Of a stretch of DNA of 20,909 nt, positions 16,589 through 20,909 are shown in pieces; positions within the stretch are counted from its first letter, which is position 1; the number at the start of each line of letters is the position of its first letter. The DNA lies in assembly GCA_027492035.1 (NCBI GenBank), contig JAOZFT010000034.1, positions 1 to 20,909 of the forward strand, given 5' to 3'. The notes under the pieces were generated by a model that worked only from the letters and a program-made list of their open reading frames with translations, searched no databases and was not told the origin of the DNA. Both the position numbers and the translations under genes were made by a program. Source of the DNA: Thermoproteota archaeon. Its GTDB lineage: Archaea > Korarchaeota > JAOZGF01 > JAOZFZ01.

Positions 16589-17423
16589 AGTCCCACCATG
16601 CTCTTTTACACTCGTTTAGAAAAGCAGATGGATCCTTAGCATTTACCTTTATTTCTTCGTCGTCTTCGTCCAGTCCTGGAAGAGAACTAAGCTCCCTTAA
16701 ATCCTTCCTATCTCCATCAGTGAAGACATATCCACTTAAGGAAGCAGCATCAACCTTAACTCTTCCGAAACCCCTTGATTTAAAGCCTCCAATCTTTAAA
16801 AAACCGCTGTTGATTTGATCAAGAATAACGGAGAACAGCCCCATCCCATAGTTAGGTATATTTCTGAACTCTACAAAACCGTTAAATACACTTCCAGGCG
16901 TGACGAATTCAACTGTGTACAGGGCCCCTCGTCTAACCGTGCCACTTCTCCTGTTAATGGCAATACCTGTTTTGACTCCTCTCTCAGGCAATGTTTCCCA
17001 TGGGGGATATGCATCCCCGAAAAATATATGGCTTGCATAACTGGAGGAACCATACATTTTACATATTAAACAGTATTTTTTGAGATGTTCAACGAGCTCG
17101 TCAAGTTCATTACTTCTCATTAACATTTGCAATTTATTGTTATTGTCATTTTTCTCCCTACAGCCTTCACCCGCCATGCAAATGCCTTTGATACCTGAAG
17201 ACCTGGCAATGAACTCTGAAGAAGATCTAAAAACACCTTTAAGGCTGCTTCCAGGTATAAACGGAACTTCAGCTTCATTTATTTTAATGGTTAAAACTTG
17301 TAGATCTATAGGAGAAGTGGGCTTCTTAGCTTTGCCAGCTCCTATCCTCAAAGGTGATAATGCCTTAAATCTAAGGTTTATCTTCAGATCTCTATAAACT
17401 ACATGATGTACAAACCAGCTCAA
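16560..17423 (-). CDS. csm3: Cas7-group RAMP (Csm3, likely catalytic backbone)
   Basis: 'SPLRIGAG...PID', 'IPGSSLKGVFRS', Cys cluster, 'IAINR..G' and G-loop 'IGGFKSRGFG'. Confidence 0.9.
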   Translation of the reverse strand: MSWFVHHVVYRDLKINLRFKALSPLRIGAGKAKKPTSPIDLQVLTIKINEAEVPFIPGSSLKGVFRSSSEFIARSSGIKGICMAGEGCREKNDNNNKLQMLMRSNELDELVEHLKKYCLICKMYGSSSYASHIFFGDAYPPWETLPERGVKTGIAINRRSGTVRRGALYTVEFVTPGSVFNGFVEFRNIPNYGMGLFSVILDQINSGFLKIGGFKSRGFGRVKVDAASLSGYVFTDGDRKDLRELSSLPGLDEDDEEIKVNAKDPSAFLNECKRAWWDYVKRVKSRG

Positions 17424-18145
17424 TGTTTTTCCTCCTCCAAGATTTTCCTATAATCTGTTGTTGCATCGCTTACAGTCATTGTAGCTCCATCTAAACACCT
17501 AACCTTTCTGATGTACATTTTTATCTGCCCTAATCCAACGCTACGCCTTGAACCAATGAATAACTCTCCTTCAACCAGCTTTTTCATGAGGTAATTGAAA
17601 AGATTAGTCCTTTTATCTCCTCTGTTTAAAATATCAATGTTTATCACTCTCAATTTCCATTGAAACAAGGCATGAGGGGTTACATACTCGATGTCAAAAA
17701 GTCTCCCGGCATGCTGACCCCCGGTTATCCTATTGATAGAAACGGCATTTCTAATCTCAGTGTGATAAACTTTAGGATAAGCGTCAAAAATATACACATG
17801 AGAAGCTATAGTGGGTCCGCCGAAAACTTGACAGACAAGGCAGGGTACATAATTCTCTCCAAGTTTCTCTTTCCTTTTTAATTCCCCTTCTTTAGGGTTT
17901 AATATATTGCAAACATAGCTTTGATCTTCTCCATAAACTGTTCTTACATATCTCTCAGCTTCAGACCTTAAAATGCCTTTTAAAGTGCTCCCAGGTATAT
18001 ATGGCTTTCCTTCTAATCTGATAATGGGATTATCTATAGCCCCTACTACAGATTTACCTGAACCAATTGATAAAGGTGTTAAATTTTCAAGGTCAGCTTC
18101 TAAGATGTACTCAATTAATAATTTATCGAAGTCTCCATACAACAC
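17420..18145 (-). CDS. csm3: Cas7-group RAMP (Csm3)
   Basis: 'TPLSIGSG....AIDNPI' (Csm3-type catalytic Asp position), 'YIPGSTLKGILRS', 'CLVCQVFG' and 'IGSRRSVGLG'. Confidence 0.9.
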   Translation of the reverse strand: MLYGDFDKLLIEYILEADLENLTPLSIGSGKSVVGAIDNPIIRLEGKPYIPGSTLKGILRSEAERYVRTVYGEDQSYVCNILNPKEGELKRKEKLGENYVPCLVCQVFGGPTIASHVYIFDAYPKVYHTEIRNAVSINRITGGQHAGRLFDIEYVTPHALFQWKLRVINIDILNRGDKRTNLFNYLMKKLVEGELFIGSRRSVGLGQIKMYIRKVRCLDGATMTVSDATTDYRKILEEEKH

Positions 18146-18151
18146 TTAAAA

Positions 18152-18544
18152 TCACCTAGAAACAACTACTTGAATAAGTTCCTCAAAGCTATTTACTCTA
18201 CCCCTTACATTGCTTTCATATATCCACTTCATTAAAACAAGGTATTTCTGAGTCGCGCTCCTAAGCTTCTCATGGTTGTCTCTAAATTTCTTGAAAATTT
18301 CATTGAGATGGGAGATAAAAATACTACCTATGTGCCTTGGGATTTCATTTCTACCCATCTGCCGAAGAACATAGGTTATTAAAAGCAGAATAGCGTCTAA
18401 AGGATCCGCTTCACCTTGGAAAAGGGAAAGCATATTTGAAATAGTTGATTTATCCACCCGGCCTGAAGCAAGAGTACCTGCTTTCGAAGCAAAATTATAG
18501 ACCTCTCTCTCCATAAATTCCCCGAAGCTGTTGTTATCTGTCAA
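18152..18544 (-). CDS. csm2: Cas11/Csm2-like small subunit
   Basis: 130-aa helical-looking protein with 'YVLRQMGR..I' and 'YL..MKWIYE'. First gene of the RAMP operon, with a GGAGGTG-type RBS upstream. Confidence 0.75.
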   Translation of the reverse strand: MTDNNSFGEFMEREVYNFASKAGTLASGRVDKSTISNMLSLFQGEADPLDAILLLITYVLRQMGRNEIPRHIGSIFISHLNEIFKKFRDNHEKLRSATQKYLVLMKWIYESNVRGRVNSFEELIQVVVSR

Positions 18545-18550
18545 AATAGA

Positions 18551-18567
18551 TTCACCTCTCCACCTCC
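18551..18567 (-). promoter_or_regulatory. Strong Shine-Dalgarno of the effector operon
   Basis: The minus strand reads GGAGGTGGAGAGGTGAA, ending 6 nt before the TTG at 18544. Confidence 0.65.
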
Positions 18568-18895
18568 TATATAGTAATGACGTTTAATATTCACATAATA
18601 CTTGCTTAGTTCAACATTCTCTAATCAAATATTAACGTGAGGTATATGTGTTAAGGGATTTATGAAGATATTTAAGTTTTTTTAAAAGATGTAATACAAG
18701 GTTATGTTTTAAAATTCATATGAACGCTGTTACTCTTTTTTTGGGGGATAAATGATATTTATTTAAACAGAAAAATTCACTAATCTCATAGTTTTAAACT
18801 TTATTTAGAAGAGGCTAAAGTAAGTTTTTATTCGAAACTTACGATGTAGGCGGCCTCTTTTCGAAAATGCTGGTTTATATTGTAAAAAGAAGGTG

Positions 18896-20395
18896 CTACA
18901 GGTTGTGGTTCGATTTTGTTAGTAGAACCAAAAATGTTTCAGTTGGGACCACCAAGGTGTCTCCCTTGAACTCTATGTCCTCTTTGCTTAGCACAATGTA
19001 TTTTTTGATTTGAGGAATTTTTAGGATATCTCTACTTTTAACTCTGCCTTTATATTTTGTTTCAATCCCTAAGAAAGATTTGTCCACCTTCATTATGTTA
19101 TCTATTTCCCTATTACTTGTATTATAGTAAAACCATAGAAATGTAGGTGTTTCTCTCATGACAGGTGTTTCTTGAGTTAAAACTAGGTGGGAGTTAACTA
19201 TTCCTTCCACTATTTTGCTTAATGATTCTTCATCTTCAAGTGTTTCAGTTATTACTTCGTTTATATCTATGCCTGTTAAAAAACTTTTAAGTGCATGGAA
19301 GATAAAGGGGTCTTGGAAATAAATCTTCTTTCCCCCCTTAAACTTTGGTTTTTGCTTGTTAAAGTCGAATGCATGGAGGATCGTTAAGATGAACGAATCT
19401 TTTAATAGCTCTAAGTAATCAATTGTCGTTGCATGGGATATCTCTATGTCCCTTGCAAGTTTTGAAAAAGTATATCTGGTCCCGTACTTCTCTATGATTT
19501 CCCTTAACATCTGTCTTGCAAATGCTTCCTGTCTCCCCTGCTTAACTATGTCTCCTAGGACATTCCTAACGAACATTTCAGCCAAGGTAAAGTCAACTAA
19601 TTCTTTTTCCCCAGCAAATTTTTTCCTTAAATGATTATTGATGATCCCGGGAAAACCACCAGTTACTAAGTAAATTCTGAAAAGATACTCTAATTCTTTT
19701 TTGAAGGGGATTACTGTGTTAATCACCTTAAGTATTTCATTTAGATTCCATTTTAGGTTTATACTAACCTTTTCAAGGTTAAATTTTAGGTGTCCTAAAG
19801 CGTTGTAGAATTCCTTTGTTTTAACATGATTTCTCATGTAATCCACGGTTTGAAGTACAAATTCCCTGAAGCTTAAAGGTTTTAAGTAATATTCATTGCC
19901 CTCTAAACCCCTACCTGGTAAAAGCTCTCCTTTTCTGCGAAGAGCAGCTCCACTTGAACCAGTTGCAACAATAACAGCCCTTTTTGTAACCCCTGAATCC
20001 CACAGATACTTTAGTTCAAGGTTCCAATCCTTTATAGAGGTTAACTCATCCAGTAAAATGTAAAGGCTTTCAGCTTCCCTGTTTATATCCATGAAATAGT
20101 TGATGGCGCTCCTCATCTCCTTCCTAGAAGTAAAGAAATCTAATGAAAGGTAAAGGATCAGCTTTGAGTCAAATCCATTACCTACTAACTTCTCGACCCA
20201 TTTCTTTAAGTAAGTTGTCTTACCAGTTTGCCTACATCCCCTTATTACATATATGTTCTCCTTACTTGTTTCAAAACCCCTTCTTTCAAAGTAAATTAAT
20301 TCCTTTTTTACCTTGGATAAATGTCTATCGTAACCGGTGAAACTTTTACCGTGTTTCCACCAAGGGTTTTGCTTTATAATCTCACCTATCTTCAT
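18896..20395 (-). CDS. AAA+ ATPase, AAA_14/DUF4143 type
   Basis: 'QNPWW' N-terminus, Walker A GCRQTGKT, Walker B ILLDE, 'TGSS', 'GGFP', 'KKIYF.DP' and C-terminal 'EID...IETK'. Confidence 0.9.
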   Translation of the reverse strand: MKIGEIIKQNPWWKHGKSFTGYDRHLSKVKKELIYFERRGFETSKENIYVIRGCRQTGKTTYLKKWVEKLVGNGFDSKLILYLSLDFFTSRKEMRSAINYFMDINREAESLYILLDELTSIKDWNLELKYLWDSGVTKRAVIVATGSSGAALRRKGELLPGRGLEGNEYYLKPLSFREFVLQTVDYMRNHVKTKEFYNALGHLKFNLEKVSINLKWNLNEILKVINTVIPFKKELEYLFRIYLVTGGFPGIINNHLRKKFAGEKELVDFTLAEMFVRNVLGDIVKQGRQEAFARQMLREIIEKYGTRYTFSKLARDIEISHATTIDYLELLKDSFILTILHAFDFNKQKPKFKGGKKIYFQDPFIFHALKSFLTGIDINEVITETLEDEESLSKIVEGIVNSHLVLTQETPVMRETPTFLWFYYNTSNREIDNIMKVDKSFLGIETKYKGRVKSRDILKIPQIKKYIVLSKEDIEFKGDTLVVPTETFLVLLTKSNHNL

Positions 20396-20909
20396 AATTT
20401 TTAGTAAATCTATTATCTAAATATATAAAAATTTCGATATTTAATTAACCAAAATACAGAGGGTTTTTCAATAGTGCTAAGGAACCACTTCACCTAATAG
20501 AACACATTTGGCTTTATGTCTCGCACCTAAACTCAGAACGTTGTTTTGAGAAGTTGATAAGTAAAGGATTAAGGAGTTGTTGAGCAGCAAACAAGAATCT
20601 CCAGCTTCATCCGTGAAGAGCGCCAAATATCCTTTATATTTTCTTTAATATCTGTAAATTGAGAATTTGAGGTGAGTTTTAATTGTCTAAATATTCTGTG
20701 GCGAAATTCTGTTAAAGTGTTTGTTGATGGAAGGTGGAATATGTTTTTTGGGTTCCAAGGGATCAGTAGAGCTCCTCCCTCGACGCTGTTTACTGTTTGG
20801 GTTTGGGACTTAAATTCGTGACGACTAGGCATGAGGAGATGCTAAAAACACCCTTAAATCTATTCTTGGAGAGGTTAAAAGGGTTACACCTAGAAAGGAG
20901 ATAGACTTA

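Noticed and set aside
1697-20340. Numerous antisense or alternate-frame ORFs (e.g. 1697-1954, 2402-2611, 5020-5415, 6504-6926, 7014-7319, 10135-10446, 11693-11974, 16272-17881, 19446-20340)
   Set aside because: They lie entirely within well-supported genes and are mostly Ser/Phe/Leu-rich, as expected for shadow ORFs.
20569-20832. 87-aa minus-strand ORF and possible decayed plus-strand gene at 20540-20860
   Set aside because: No recognisable motif in any frame, so no call can be supported.
1-20909. Multi-spacer CRISPR array or cas1
   Set aside because: No regularly spaced repeats found by eye, only the single repeat-like unit at 352-377, and no Cas1-like ORF.

Overview
AT-rich archaeal-looking defence island (probably a thermophilic TACK-type archaeon; this is an inference) built around an apparently intact type III-D-like CRISPR-Cas interference operon on the minus strand. 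The order is cas11/csm2, three cas7, a 106-aa unknown gene, cas10 (HD and GGDD intact), cas7, cas5/csx10, cas7, and a 427-aa PD-(D/E)xK nuclease with an unrecognised N-terminus. A cOA-signalling block follows: a decayed archaeal-type csx1 pseudogene, ring nuclease csx3/crn3, and an intact CARF-HEPN csx1. The left end holds a partial cas2 missed by the ORF track, a leader-like tract with one isolated CRISPR-repeat-like sequence pointing antisense into a wHTH-CARF regulator with reversed domain order, a divergent cas6, a VapBC pair, and a cas4 split by a +1 frameshift. Spacer regions contain decayed TA remnants (two related AbiEi fragments, an AbiEii stub, MntA/HepT), an attC-like hairpin and a CPBP/Abi-like membrane protein with degenerate catalytic motifs. 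An AAA_14/DUF4143-type ATPase lies at the right end. No multi-spacer CRISPR array and no cas1 are in the window. All family calls are by motif recognition, without database searches.
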